NCBI GenBank assembly: GCA_013239625.1
Contig: MU054400.1
Span: 4,589,802-4,653,801 of the forward strand
Direction: 5' to 3'
DNA length: 64,000 bases
DNA from: Lama guanicoe
Lineage: Eukaryota
Part shown: positions 51,745 to 64,000 of the stretch, piece by piece
How the letters are laid out: each line of letters opens with the position of its first letter
Position numbering within the stretch: position 1 is the first letter of the stretch
Notes under the pieces: generated by a model
Seen by the model: the letters and a program-made list of their open reading frames with translations, nothing else
The model's database searches: none
What the model was told of the DNA's origin: nothing
Translations under genes and position numbers: made by a program

Positions 51745-51834
51745 CAGAAATAACTTTTAGATTAAAAAAAAAAAATCCCAGGCATTGACAGTATTAGTCC
51801 ACAGACAAAGGAGAAACTTTCAAAAAATAGATGC

Positions 51835-52250
51835 TATGTTGGCTTGGATTCCCCCAGAAGCAGTCCTTGAGAGAAGGATTCAAGTGCGAGTGATCTACTT
51901 GGAAAGGGATCCCCAAAAACAACAGCCAGGCAGTGGAGAAGTGGAAACCGGGAAGGGAAGGAGGCTTTAATAAAGGGTGTATTCTCAAGCCAGTTACCAC
52001 TGTAGGCAACTGGAGCTTGATCCTGCTGGGGAAACCGTTGGAGTTCTCTCCTTCCACCAGGGTCTTTATACACCATCCTCATCCATCTTTAGTTAAAGGC
52101 TGGTGAGAGGACTGCATGGGTTAATCCCAGGCACTCTGTCCAACTGTGTGGCACAGGCAGAGAAAGCCTATAGGCAGAGATGTCAGTGCTAGCAGGTGGC
52201 ATATGCTAAAGTGGTATGGCTGAGGGGACATAGCCAGTGACAGCTAACTA
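51835..52250. mobile_element. LTR16-like ERVL LTR remnant
   Basis: 'ttggattcccccagaagcagtccttgagagaaggattcaagtgcgagtgatctacttggaaagggatcccc..gtgggcaactggagct'-type motifs. Confidence 0.65.
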
Positions 52251-53247
52251 TAATTGCTTTCAAAGCAAGCTTATTAATTCCATCATCTAATAATTAAAAT
52301 CAGTACCACCATCATAGAGCTTTCCACATCCCGCAGGATGGTCAGTAAAGCCTCTTTGGGATCCTTGCCATCCCTTTCCTTGTCATGCTCACTTCCTGTT
52401 CTCCCATTCCAACCTAGAGGCGCCAAATAGATTTGGGGAAGAGGTTACCAGTAATGAGCCCAGTGTGGCTTACTTATGAGTTGAGCAAATTAATTAAAGA
52501 TGGCCCCAGCCCTGTGGCCACTGAGCTCATAGAATTGCCCTTCATCTCCTGTGTTCACCCTATGCAGGTGTTGGTAGCCAGTCTTCTTTCTTCTGGTTTC
52601 TCCACTAGGATGCAAACTCACCCAGAGATGTGGCTGGCACTTGTCTTTGAATTGCCTTCAACACATACACACAGGAAATGGTACACGTGTGCAATTCGTG
52701 AAATGGCAACAGCTCAATGTTCTAAACAGTCTCAAATTTCTAGTTCAGAAAATATAAATTCACTCAGTACTAAATCATTGCACAGAAACCAGACCACCGC
52801 ATTTCTCTTTGGGGAGGTTAATTCAATCTGGTTCTAATTTGAAATGAATCAGGAGAGGCTCCAGAATAATTTCGTTAAGCCCAGTGAAGCAAGGCAAATA
52901 AGATAGAAGTGGTAAACAAATTGAAAATGAGAAATGGCTGATCTGGGGTGGGAGGGATTGAACTCAAAGGAATTTGGAGTTTTTATAGTATTTTTAAATC
53001 TACTTGATATCATAAAAATATATCTGTGTCTTCCATGAACAGCTCATTTCAGTCAAGGCCTTGGTTTCCTTCAGAGAACTTCAGCCAAACCGCTGTCACA
53101 ACCTGTCCTTGTTGGAGCTTTGCCTTCAAGTCCCTTTCCCTAATCTAACATTCTAGCATTTATTTTCCCTCTCTGGAATTTAGGTGGTATAAATATTTAG
53201 ATTATTTAATTAAACATTAGGTTATAAATAATTAGGTTATTTAATTT

Positions 53248-53295
53248 AGGTAGATAGAGGATGATAGATAGGTGGGTAGATAGATAGATAGATAG
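53248..53295. repeat. (GATA)n-type microsatellite
   Basis: tagatagatagatagatag with interruptions. Confidence 0.85.
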
Positions 53296-53918
53296 GTTTT
53301 AAAGGTCCTGCAAATAGTTGGGCCACCATAACTTTAAAAATAAACTGGATATGCCAATAAAAATAATACAAATTTAAATTAATCCTTCAATCATTCATCC
53401 TTCTGTACTTAACGAACACATAGGAAGCATCAAGTGTGGCCAAACACACACAACATTGTAAATCAACTATACTTGAAAATATAAAAGGAAAGAAAAGAGT
53501 TGGCAAACACAGATGTCCATGGTGAGTTAGATAACAACTCTGTGTGGGCAACGAGCCCCCAGGAAGACCCACCCAACTGTTGCCATGAAGGAACAGGGGC
53601 CCCAACTTTCCTAGCCTACTGATTTTCAAAGAAAAGCTGAATCCACAGATTTTTAGAAATATCTTTTTTTAAAACATTGGCAACTGATTTTTAAAATTTT
53701 TAAAATACCGTGCAGATCCAAATGAAAAAAGCCAAGCAGGGAGCAGGCACAGTTAAGACGTCAAATCTACTATAGAGCAGATACACTCATAGGCGCTAAC
53801 TGGGTCAGATACAAAGATCTACACCGGGTGTCCTGCCATCCAGCAGCTTCCTACCTGGGAGGACAGACGATGCATACAACTGACAGTCTAAGAGGGGAAA
53901 AAAAAGTGGGGGACAGCA

Positions 53919-54112
53919 CATATTAGTTAAGGTTCCCCAGAGAAACAGAACTAAAAGGCTCTCCTCCTATATACGTACAGACCAATGTATAGTGTCAGCT
54001 AATGTAATTAGCCACATCTACACAGTATCTTCACAGCGACATTTAGTTCAGTGTTTGGCTGAATAACTGGGTACTGCAGCCCAGCCAAGCCGACACATAA
54101 AACTAATTATCC
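53919..54112. mobile_element. MLT2-type LTR fragment
   Basis: 'tattagttaaggttccccagagaaacagaac' and 'aataactgggtactgcagcccagccaagccgacacataaaactaa'. Confidence 0.75.
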
Positions 54113-56074
54113 CATGGGTAAGTGTTAGAAGAGTTACAAAAATTACTACAGGAAGACAGAAAAATGAGAAATTAAAGAAGGTTTAAGGGTTGAGAAATAA
54201 TCCCCAAGATAAAAGACGTTAGCCTTTTTTCGTTAGAAATATTGGCTTCTCAACAGAAAAGACCAAGAAGAAAAACTACTGATCAATAGGAGCACGTCAG
54301 TGGTTATGATGTATTATTTCATTTAATCATCTCAACTCACCCTAATGCAGTAGCAACTGTCACTAGCCCCAGTTTATAAATGAAGACCCCCAACCCCAGT
54401 GTTTTCAATATTGTACAGCTATTAAGTGACGGAGATGAGACTAAGATTCAGGCAGTTTGAAATCTCCAGAGCTTTACCAACTACCTATACCACCTCTCAA
54501 TGAATGACCCCACTAATTCTCACAAAAGCCCCATGAGACAAGTAGTATTATGTTCCCACTCAACGGATGAGGAAACTGAGGCTTGGAGTGCAAGGTGGCA
54601 GCACATTTGGATCCTGGTCTGCTTCTGAACTTGTACTCTGACCCCCCAGCATACTGCACACCTCCCAGCTTAGCCCCAGGTATACAAAGAAGAATGCGTC
54701 AAGTGTTCTCATTTTTGTTCAGTGTGACCTGCAGAGGGATGGGGCTTAAATGCAAGTAGCACAAAATGTCGACAGAACATTGAAAGCAACTGCTTGGTTG
54801 TCCATCAGGGAAATACACACCCCAGCTGGAGAGAGAAACATTTGTCCTTGGAGAGCCTGCTGCTTTCAGCAGTAACCTCCCAAAAGACCAGACAAGGTTA
54901 TAGTCATGTAATCAGAATGTGTATTGAGACTCTGAATTTTGGTTATCTATTGGCGAGGATAAAAACACAGCTACCCACACAGAAAACAACAGCAAAGCTG
55001 GCATCTTTTAAATGAAAATACTTCTTTGGCTTTCTCTTAGCTACATATTTTTAGCAAAAATTAAAACTGCAAATCATGCCTTCGTTTCTTGGGTAGGGAA
55101 TAGACTGATTTCAATCTAACTTCAAAGGAGCAACCAAGAGACTCTTCTTTCTTAGCCCAATTTGAAATCTTCCCACACTTTTTTATCCTTTTTCCCTCTG
55201 TGAGTTATTTTTTCCCCTCCTCAGAACCTAGAGTATGTGAGAAATCTGTACTGTTCTATTTCTGCTGAGGAATGAATTTTAAGCTCGTAAATTGTTATCT
55301 ATTCGATTGTTATCCCTTCTCTAGACCCTTCTGTTAGAGTCAATGCCAAGTCTTCCTCCTGTGACCATAAAGACCACATGAGATACAGGGTAATAATTTA
55401 GCTATTGTCTAAGACTAAATGATGCTTTTTAACTGTAAGTATTAGTTTATATTTTAATTATAACTCTGGAAGAGTAATCCTCCAACCTTTCATAATTTTG
55501 TGTGATGGTCATGATGTTGCAGATCAAGTAATAAAAATAAAATCTATATTCATTGAGCCCTACTATGTGGCAGGCACTGGGCGGTACACGTTTAAAACTC
55601 ACATTGACCTTATGAAGTAAATACTAATTGTTGCCCCCATTTTTCTAAGGCAAAAACTGAGGTCTAGGGGACTTTAGTCACTTGCCCATGTTTACACAGG
55701 ATGGAACTGAGATTTAAAACGAATCACCTAACTGCAGAGACCATCTGTGGTCATAGCAATGCAAACAACTCCCACTAAAAAATGGGGAGGTTTTATTTTT
55801 TTGTTTTGTTCTTCCTTCTTGGGAGTTGAAACAACATTCAATGAGAGCAGAACAAATACACGCAAATACTCCAAAGGGAAACTCTGCAAATAAATAGGTG
55901 GCTTTATCCCCATTCAGGGGAGATACCAGCCAAAAGGTGAGCTGTGAATCTACACTAGACAATAATCTATAAGTTGGGAAGCCCTTTACACAAACCACCT
56001 GACCTAAGGACCACAATAGAATTTCTATGATGCAGCAAACTTTATGAGGAGTTATAGACACAGAGCTTGACACC

Positions 56075-56422
56075 TGTCTTAGTCTCTGCAGGCTTCTATA
56101 ACTAAATACTGTGGACTGGGTGGCTTATAAACAACACAAATTTATTTCGCACAGTTCTGGAGGCTGGAAATCCAAGATCAGAGTGTAGCGTGGCTGGGTT
56201 CTGGTGAGGGTCCTCTTCTGGATTGCAGACTGCCAACTTCTTGCTGTGTCCTCACAAGGCAGGAGAAGCCAGCACCCTCAGATCTCTCTTATAAGGACAC
56301 TAATCCCATTCATAACCTAATCACCTCCTGAAGGCCCCCCTCCTAATACCATCACACTGGGCACTAGCGATCAAGATATGAATTTGGTGGAGGGGGAACA
56401 GGAATATTCAGTCCAAGGCAAC
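56075..56422 (-). mobile_element. MLT1A-type MaLR LTR
   Basis: 'tgtcttagtc..actgggtggcttataaacaac..acagttctggaggctggaaatccaagatc..ataaggacactaatcccattcat..attcagtcc'. Confidence 0.9.
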
Positions 56423-56676
56423 ACCCACCCCATCTCCCTCTTTTTACCGAAGTGACAACAGAGATCTAAAGTGGGAAAGTGGCTTACCCAGATTCACAAA
56501 GTTTTTGGTAAAACTAGAACAGTTTATCCAGTTACCAGTTAACCAATTTCTCTGCACCTCATGGCCTCTCAAATAAGTGAGTTTTGGCCAAAATGCGTGG
56601 CTTTAAAAATCAAATCAATGCTCCAGTCAAACACAGAGACAAAAATATCAAGGTACCAGATGTTTGCTTGCTTCCC

Positions 56677-58441
56677 TTTTTTTTTTTTAAATTGAGCTGT
56701 AATTGTCATATAACATCATATTAGTTTCAGGTGTACAAATAATGATTCAACATTTGTAGACATAGTGAAATGACCACTGCAATAAGTGTAGTTGACATCA
56801 GTCACCATAGTTACAAAATTTGTTTTTCTTGTGAAGACTTTTTAACTTTTAAGATCTGTTCTCTTAGCAACTTCCAAATACGCAATACAGTATTATTAAC
56901 TATAATCACCATGCTATACAGTCCATCTCCACATCTTATTTTATAACTGGAGATTGTACCTTTTGACCACCTTCAGGCATTTGCCCACCCCCAACCCTCA
57001 CCTCTAGCAACCACCAACCTGTTCTCTGTATCTATGAGCCTGTTTTTGTTTTTGTTTTAGATTCCACATTTAAGTGAGATTACACGGTACTCATGTGTTC
57101 CTGTCTGACTTACTTCATTTAGCATAATGCCCTCAAGGTCCATCCATGGTATGACCAATGGGAAGATTAAATTCTCTTCCAGAGCTGAATATATTTATAT
57201 GTGTGTGTATGTGTGTGTATCTATCTATCTATATATATATATATTCCATTATATACTGCAGTTTTTTTATCCATTCATCCATCAATGGACATTTAGGTTG
57301 TTTCCATATCTTGGCTGTTGTGAATAATGCTGCTGTGAACATTGGGGTGCATATGTTTTTTCAAGTTAGTGTTTTCATTCTCTGTGGGCAAGTATCTGAA
57401 AGTATAACTGCTGGATCATATGATAGACCTATTTTTAATTTTTTGAGGAACCTCCATACTGTTTTCTATAGTGGCTGCACCAGTTTACATTCCTTCCAAC
57501 AGCGCACGAGGGTTCCCTTTTCTCTACGTCCTTGACAACACTTGTTATGTCTTATCCTTTTGATAACAACTTTCCGAACGTGTGAGACCACTCACGTGGT
57601 CTTTATGGTCACAGGAGGAAGACTTGGCATTGACTCTAACAGAAGGGTCTAGAGAAGGGATAACAATCGAATAGATAACAACGTGTGATGTCTCATTGTG
57701 ATTTGCGGTTCCCTGATGATTAGTGATGTTGAGCATCTTTTCATGTGCCTGTTTGCCATCTGTATGACTTTTTTTGGGAGAATGTCTGTTTTAATCCTCT
57801 GCTCATTTTTTAATTGAATTGTTTGATTTTTTGCTGTTGAGTTGTATGAGTTCTTTACACATTTTTGACATTAACTTCTTACCAGATATATGATTTGCAA
57901 ATATATCCTCCCATTCCATAGATTGCCTTTTCATCTCATTGATAGTTTCCTTTGTGGTACAGATTTTTTTTTTAGTTTGATGCCATCCCATCCCAGAAGC
58001 CTTTGCTTCTGATGTAAAATAAAAAAAAAAAATCACCAAGACTGATGTAAAGGAAATTACTGCCTGTTTTCTTCTAGGATTTTTATGGTTTCAGGTCTTA
58101 CATTCAAGTCTTTAATCCATTTTGAGTTATTTTTTGTGTATGGTATAAGATAGGGGTCCAGTTTCACTCTTTTGCATGTTGCTTTTCCAGCACCATTTAT
58201 TGAAAAGCCTGTCCTCCCTCCATTGTATATTCTTGCCTCCTTGGTCATAAATTAATTGATCATATTGGCATGGGTTTATTTCTGGGCTCTCTATTCTGTT
58301 CCATTGCTCTATGTGTTTATTTTTATGCTAATACCATACTATTTTGATTACTACAGCTTTGTAATATAGTTTGAAATCAGGGAGCATGCTGTCTCTAGCT
58401 TAGTTCTTTTTTCTCAAGATTGCTTTGTCTATTTGGGGTCT
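56677..58441 (-). mobile_element. 5'-truncated L1 (ORF2 C-terminal region + 3' UTR + polyA), containing a foreign insert at 57586-57681
   Basis: T-run at about 56677-56688; minus ORF fragments '[33 protein letters not shown]' and 'CTTKETINEMKRQSMEWEDIFANHISGK'. Confidence 0.95.
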
Positions 58442-59109
58442 AGATGTTCACTTTCTATATGACATTATAGCAGGTTTCAACAATATCTCAGCGCCTCAAA
58501 GTCTCTGTTAACTGGAATCTCCCTGAAAGTTGCTTATAATTCTTCTAGGTTTCACTGTGCCTTCTGGATCATTAAGGGAAAAAATTTTGGTCTGTGCAGT
58601 TCCACTGTTATGCAATCTACTTTATTCTGCCTCTCCATATGGCATTTTATCTTGTATCTTCTAAACTCAGAGTATGCTTATTAACCAGAGCAGCCAAGCT
58701 GAGCAGGAACAGTTACAAGTCGGTGGAGGTGGGTCTTATTTCTCTCCAGAAAAGTCAGTAGGTTTTAAGTATAACTGGAGGAAAACCAGGGCAAAATAAC
58801 AACAGATAGAAAATAGCTGTAATACAGCATCAAGGTCTCTCAGGCATAGAAAACACAATTTCTGCTTTTGTGCAGGGAGAAATCTTCCTTAAGCTTATAC
58901 ATGAAACCTCAGCACACTTACCTTCTTGCAAATATTTAAAGCAGCAGAACTCAGTCTTACTTCGGCAAATACTTGGAAAGAGGGTGACTAGCCAGGTGGG
59001 CAGAGCCCAGCAAGAGAATCCAGGTGGCTCTGAATACAAGACACCAGATAAGCCGGGGGGTGGGGGTCCTCGCTGAAGCCCTGGAGGCCCGGGGATCCAG
59101 GTGAAGCAG

Positions 59110-59540
59110 GCGGGATTCCCTGGGACTCTGAGCCCAGGAGACTGGCCTGCAGGAGGTCAGTTAGTGAGTACTCCTGAGATTGATGCCTGGGGAAGGGAAG
59201 CGCACGAGAGAGGACTGGGAGGAGAAGGAGGCTGAGCAGTCGAAGACCTTAGACAACCCCTCCAGGAGGTCTGAAGCTGAGATAACCTGTTCAGAGTTGT
59301 CCCAAGTTCCTGAGAAAAGAATGAGCCTTTGGACCCCACCTCTAGCAGTCACTGGATACAGTCCACCCTGGGTAGGGCCAGGAGGCTCTTGTCAACTGAG
59401 GAAAGTCTTCCAGTGGGCTGACAGCTAAGGGTTTTCTGCCAGGGGCACTCCCAGCAGCTGGGAAGGCCAGTCTTTCATTCCAGAAGGGAGACCTGGGGGG
59501 GCGCATCCTGGGGGGCACATCCCAGCACCATCATGAACGT
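59110..59540. mobile_element. LTR16-like ERVL LTR remnant
   Basis: 'ggattccctgggactctgag..ggcctgcaggagg..tgggctgacagctaaggg..cactcccagcagctggg'. Confidence 0.6.
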
Positions 59541-61734
59541 GCTTCTGTCTTGGGAGTAGGACCTTGTAAGATCAGGCAAGAGTATTGACAGGGGTCAGGG
59601 CATGACTCTCATCCCAAGAGCAAGGTCAGGGCATGGGGCCTGGAGGACGAATCCGCACTTCACGACAGATCACAAATTAGCTTCAAGACCAAGGCCATGA
59701 TGAGGCCAACCTAGACAGGAGGACGCATACGCGGGGGCCCCATGAGTGCCAGTGCCAGCTACTCACAAGTGATTCTTTGATGTCACATCTTTATTATCTT
59801 AATAGATGACCTACTCCTCCAATGCCAGTTAACAAATGCTTAATTCAGGTATTTACATGCTTAGAGCTATTGAGGAACGTCCTTGCAAGGCAGCATCTTC
59901 CTGTCTATTTTCAAGTACTTAATTAACAGCCTTCCTCCAGGATAAACACATTGTATTTTCAGTAAGATGATGAAAAGCTTTTTTTTTTTTTTTAGTATCT
60001 TGCGTGTCACTACACTCAAAATTGCCCTTCAACACAAAATCATGAACAATTATTTTTAACAAATCTGTTGCAGTAACAATTGATGAGCACGTTAATTCTG
60101 CAGGTTCTTGGATAACTAATTCAGCCATACCTCAGAGATTTTAAGATGTTTCTATTGTAAATTAAACGTCAGATGGTTTGTTCTATCACATCAGAGCAGT
60201 ATTCTCCTTCAAGAATTTCAAGAGCATTCTCAATGCCACTGTGGATAAAATTCTGCAATTCTTTTTTTTTTTAAACAGTTTTATTGAAATTCACTTGTTT
60301 TAAGCGTTTGGTTCAATGATGCTTTGCACATTTTTCTATTCCTTTTAAAAGTAACTATCCCTGGTGAAAGCATGCATTGAGTTTTCCTCAATCATGTGAA
60401 GCATTTCCAATTCAGGTATTCTGGTTGCTCCCGTATCTGGATTACTCATTTATAGAGAACTCCCAATTCTTGCTAACTAGAAGATTGAAAGGCCTGGGTT
60501 TCCCTGATGACAGCTTTTAACAAATATTTGGTTGCCTCTGCATCATAATCAGAATGCTGAGAAATCGCCTGGCTAATCCTATTTAACATCACAAAGCACT
60601 CCTAGGGCAGGCCAGGATATGTTAACCATTTACGATGCTGCATATTAAGCCTGTCTTTTGCAATCATATTTTTAAATGGTTTACTCCATTGTCAAAATAC
60701 AATACATTTAAGTCATCATTAAATAAATTTTTCTCCACTTTTTGGCAGTTGTACAACCCATCAGTCATTGGGAAAGATGGTCACAGTGCAGAATTTAAAG
60801 GTGCTGAAAAGTTTGCACCTTCTGAACACCTTTGCCTGGGTGTGCTTAAACAGCTTGCAGCGTATACCAAAATCCAGCTGATCTAATTTAGCGCTACTGT
60901 GATCCACTTTGAAAACAGATAGAACTGTTACACTTTCAATTAACATATATTTAATCAAAAGGTGAAGGAAGGAAGGAAGGAAGGCCTAGGAAAGAAAAAA
61001 TTTTTTGACAGCTTGCATTCAAAGCCACGTGTTTACCAGGTGTAAGACACTCAGCAGCAATACAAGGCACGTTTCTGAAGAAGCAAACTCTGTATTGAGA
61101 GTTGAGATCATCAAATACTGGATAATGAAGGCTATGTAAGGGAATACATGTCTGGAGGTAAACTGCATAGACAGAGCTGAAGGGCCAAAGCAGTTTAGAG
61201 AAGAGAGATCAAGGCAGACCGTAAATTTTAGGAAAATTTTCCTGGAAAAAAACCGGACATGGGTTGGACCTAAAGGATGGTTAATATTCTTAACAGAAAG
61301 TTTCCAAATTTGGGACTACTTTGGTACATACACAGAGTGCCATAACCTATGTCTATACCCACCAAAATGGACTTAGAAATAGCACATAAATAAAAATTTA
61401 TCCATATCACGATATGCAGAACGGTAGAACTGAAAGATACAAAACGTACTTTGCGAACATTTAGTGATCTTACATGCTGCCAAGTTCCCGGGCGAAAGAG
61501 GAGGTCCAATAATTTAGGGAGACCTGCTTCACCAAATTCCTGACTTGGAGCCCTACACATTAGGATATGAAAGGTCTCAGAAGTTGTGCTGAAGAGAAAC
61601 TGTTTAACCCTGTTTACTTTAGAATTCCCCAAGTTTATCTGACCATGGAACACTCTTTCTCACGGAATAGACGTTACACATACTGCAAGTGTCAAGGAAC
61701 TCCATGGAATACAGATCAGAAATAGCAATCCACA

Positions 61735-62800
61735 ACAATAAAAAAAAAAAATAAGCCACCTGATCTAAAAAATGAGTCAGAGACCTTAAAGACACCTCAT
61801 TAATTTGCCACCATTTGCAGGTGGCAAATAAGCATATGAAAAGACGTCCATATCGTACGTCATCAGGGAAATGCAAATTCAAACAACATGAGGTATGAGT
61901 ACACACTATGGGAGTGGCCAAGATCCACACACAGTACTAGCAACACTAGATGCTGGTGAGGCTGTGGAGCATCAGAAACTCTCATTCATCGCTGCTTCAA
62001 ATGCAAAGTGGTACAGCCACTTTGGAAGACAGTTTGGCAGTTTCTTACAAAACTAAACAGGATCCAGCAACCGTGCTTCTCACTAGTTAACCAAAAAAAG
62101 TCAAAAACTTATGTCCACACAAACACCTGCCCAGAGATATTTATAGCAACTTTATTTATAATTGCCAAAACTTGGAAGCAACCAAGATGTCCTCAGTAGG
62201 TGATGAATGAGTAAACTGTGGTACAGGCAGACAGTGGAATAGTATTCAATGCTAAAGAGAAGTGAGCTATCCAGCCATGAGGAGACATGGAAGAAAGTTA
62301 GAAGCATAGTCTCAAGCGAAAAAAGCCAATCAGAAAAGGCTACATACGACATGATTCCAAATACATGATATTCTGGAAAAGGCAAAACTATGAAGACAAA
62401 ACAATGATTAAGTGGTTGCCAGGGGTTAAGATAGGGGAGAGAAAGAATGAACACTCAAAGCAGAGGAGTCTTAGGGCAGTCTTAGTCTGTGTGATACTAG
62501 GATGGTAGATACGTGTCATTATCAATTTGTCCAAATCCGTAGGATGGACCACACCCAGAGTGAACGCTAATGTAAGCTACGGACTTTGGGTGATGATGAT
62601 GTGCCAATGTAGGACCATCAATGTGACAAATGTGACATCCTGCACTCTGCATCCTGCAGGAGGATGATGATGCTGATAACAGGGGAAGCTGTATGTGTGT
62701 GGGGGCAGGCGCTATATGGGATATCTCGGTACCTACTCCTAAAAGTTCCCCTCAATTGAACTGCTGTAAAAAATAATACAGTCTATTAAAAAAAAAAAAA
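61735..62800 (+). mobile_element. Old L1M (L1MB/MC-type) 3' end
   Basis: ORF fragment VQPLWKTVWQFLTKLN..FIATLFIIAKTWKQPRCP, then 3' UTR and A tail. Confidence 0.92.
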
Positions 62801-64000
62801 GAAAGTAATTCAGTCAGGCGTGAATTACACATCCGTGGAATCTGGTCCATACACAGATTTCATTTGCTACTTTTCCTGCTTATATTTTGTGTCTTGTACA
62901 AAGTTTCATTACAAGGAGGGAGAGAGATTGGTGTTCAGAGCTATCATGTGACTTGCACAAGACCCCATGGCCGTTTTGATGGCACAGTGGGTGGTGGAAC
63001 CCAGTTCTCCCCAACTCCAGGCTTTTACAAAGTTCTACCTTGTGGAAGCTTCCTTATCTACACACTAAAACCCTCAGAAACACAGGTGAACAAGTTACAG
63101 TAACATCACAACTGATGTGGAGAGGAAAAAGTAGGAGCCTAAAGAGTAACCTACTCAAATGTGGCCAAATAGAAATCATTGTTTTCAGTGATGAAAGAAA
63201 AATGTCTTACGGTTTTAAAAATGTCAAACTTGTACAGATGCATAGAGATGGTCCCAATAAGAATTTGCAACCACTACCCAGTTCCATAAGGATTTCTGGT
63301 CTACTTTTTAGCCACACAAATCTGTTATTTCTCTTTAAGGGCTGGTATCCTTCTACTCCATCCTTACCTTGAAAAAAACCAAACAGACAGACATTAAAAA
63401 ATCAGGGCTGAATGCACTATTTGGAGAAAAATTTGGTTTAGTCAAACATGTATAAGACACACAAGTCCCACTTTTCATCTCTTTTTGGATGGAAGTTCTT
63501 GCATTTCATACTGTGTGACAATCACAAAACAACCCTTCTCCATTTGTGTCCTTTCATCACTTTTAAGTTTGATTCTTTCTTCAATGTCTTAAATCTTTTT
63601 AAACATTCTTATTTCACAACCTCTGTCCAATTGCCTTGTTAGCTAAAGTTCTTGAGAGAGAAGTTATTCCTGTCATTTATCAAACCTGGTGATCCCTAAT
63701 TACGCTGCACTGGTTTCCCGAGGGTTTTCTGGTTTTGGGTTGCGAGCTCATCTTCAGTGGGATTTGGGACTCTTCCCTGGGGTGGGATGAGGGCAGGTCT
63801 CTCCAGAGGAGTTTACCAGTTCAGGACTATTTTCCTGACATAGGTGACTCTGGACAAACATGAAGTATCAATTTGAAATTCAATTCACATGAGGAGGAAG
63901 CCTGAGGTTACAAATTCTCACACACCTTGTGGCAGATCAGATCAGCTTTTTGTCACAGGCCTGTGTTAAGTGGGCAGATTTAGAGCCAGTCCACCTCTTA

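Noticed and set aside
1..64000. CRISPR arrays, rRNA, operon-like or other prokaryotic systems
   Set aside because: The sequence is mammalian; no regularly spaced repeat-spacer array or rRNA-like sequence was seen.

Overview
Mammalian genomic DNA, probably camelid, judging from the recurring tRNA-derived SINE GGGGAGGGTATAGCTCAGTGGTAGAG...GGTTCAATCCCCAG and Cetartiodactyla-type L1 3' ends. It is repeat-rich intronic/intergenic sequence. I can identify no host protein-coding exon: the ORF track is mostly chance ORFs plus decayed L1 ORF1/ORF2 pieces. The main functional landmark is a CpG-island promoter at about 50.7-51.35 kb (NRF1, ETS/GAS, GC boxes) that appears to fire on the minus strand. Several candidate non-coding exons lie downstream of it, suggesting an unidentified lncRNA or long 5' UTR. 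The most interesting signals are mutational records readable directly in the sequence: a 91-bp inverted templated insertion copied from 2.2 kb away; an L1 with two serial 3' transductions nested inside two older elements; two identical short L1 3' ends truncated at almost the same point; a SINE with a read-through 3' tag; two SINEs sharing a triplicated target site; and an orphan polyadenylated retrocopy next to the promoter. Repeat family names come from recognition, not a database search, and boundaries of old repeats are approximate. I found no convincing novel gene system.
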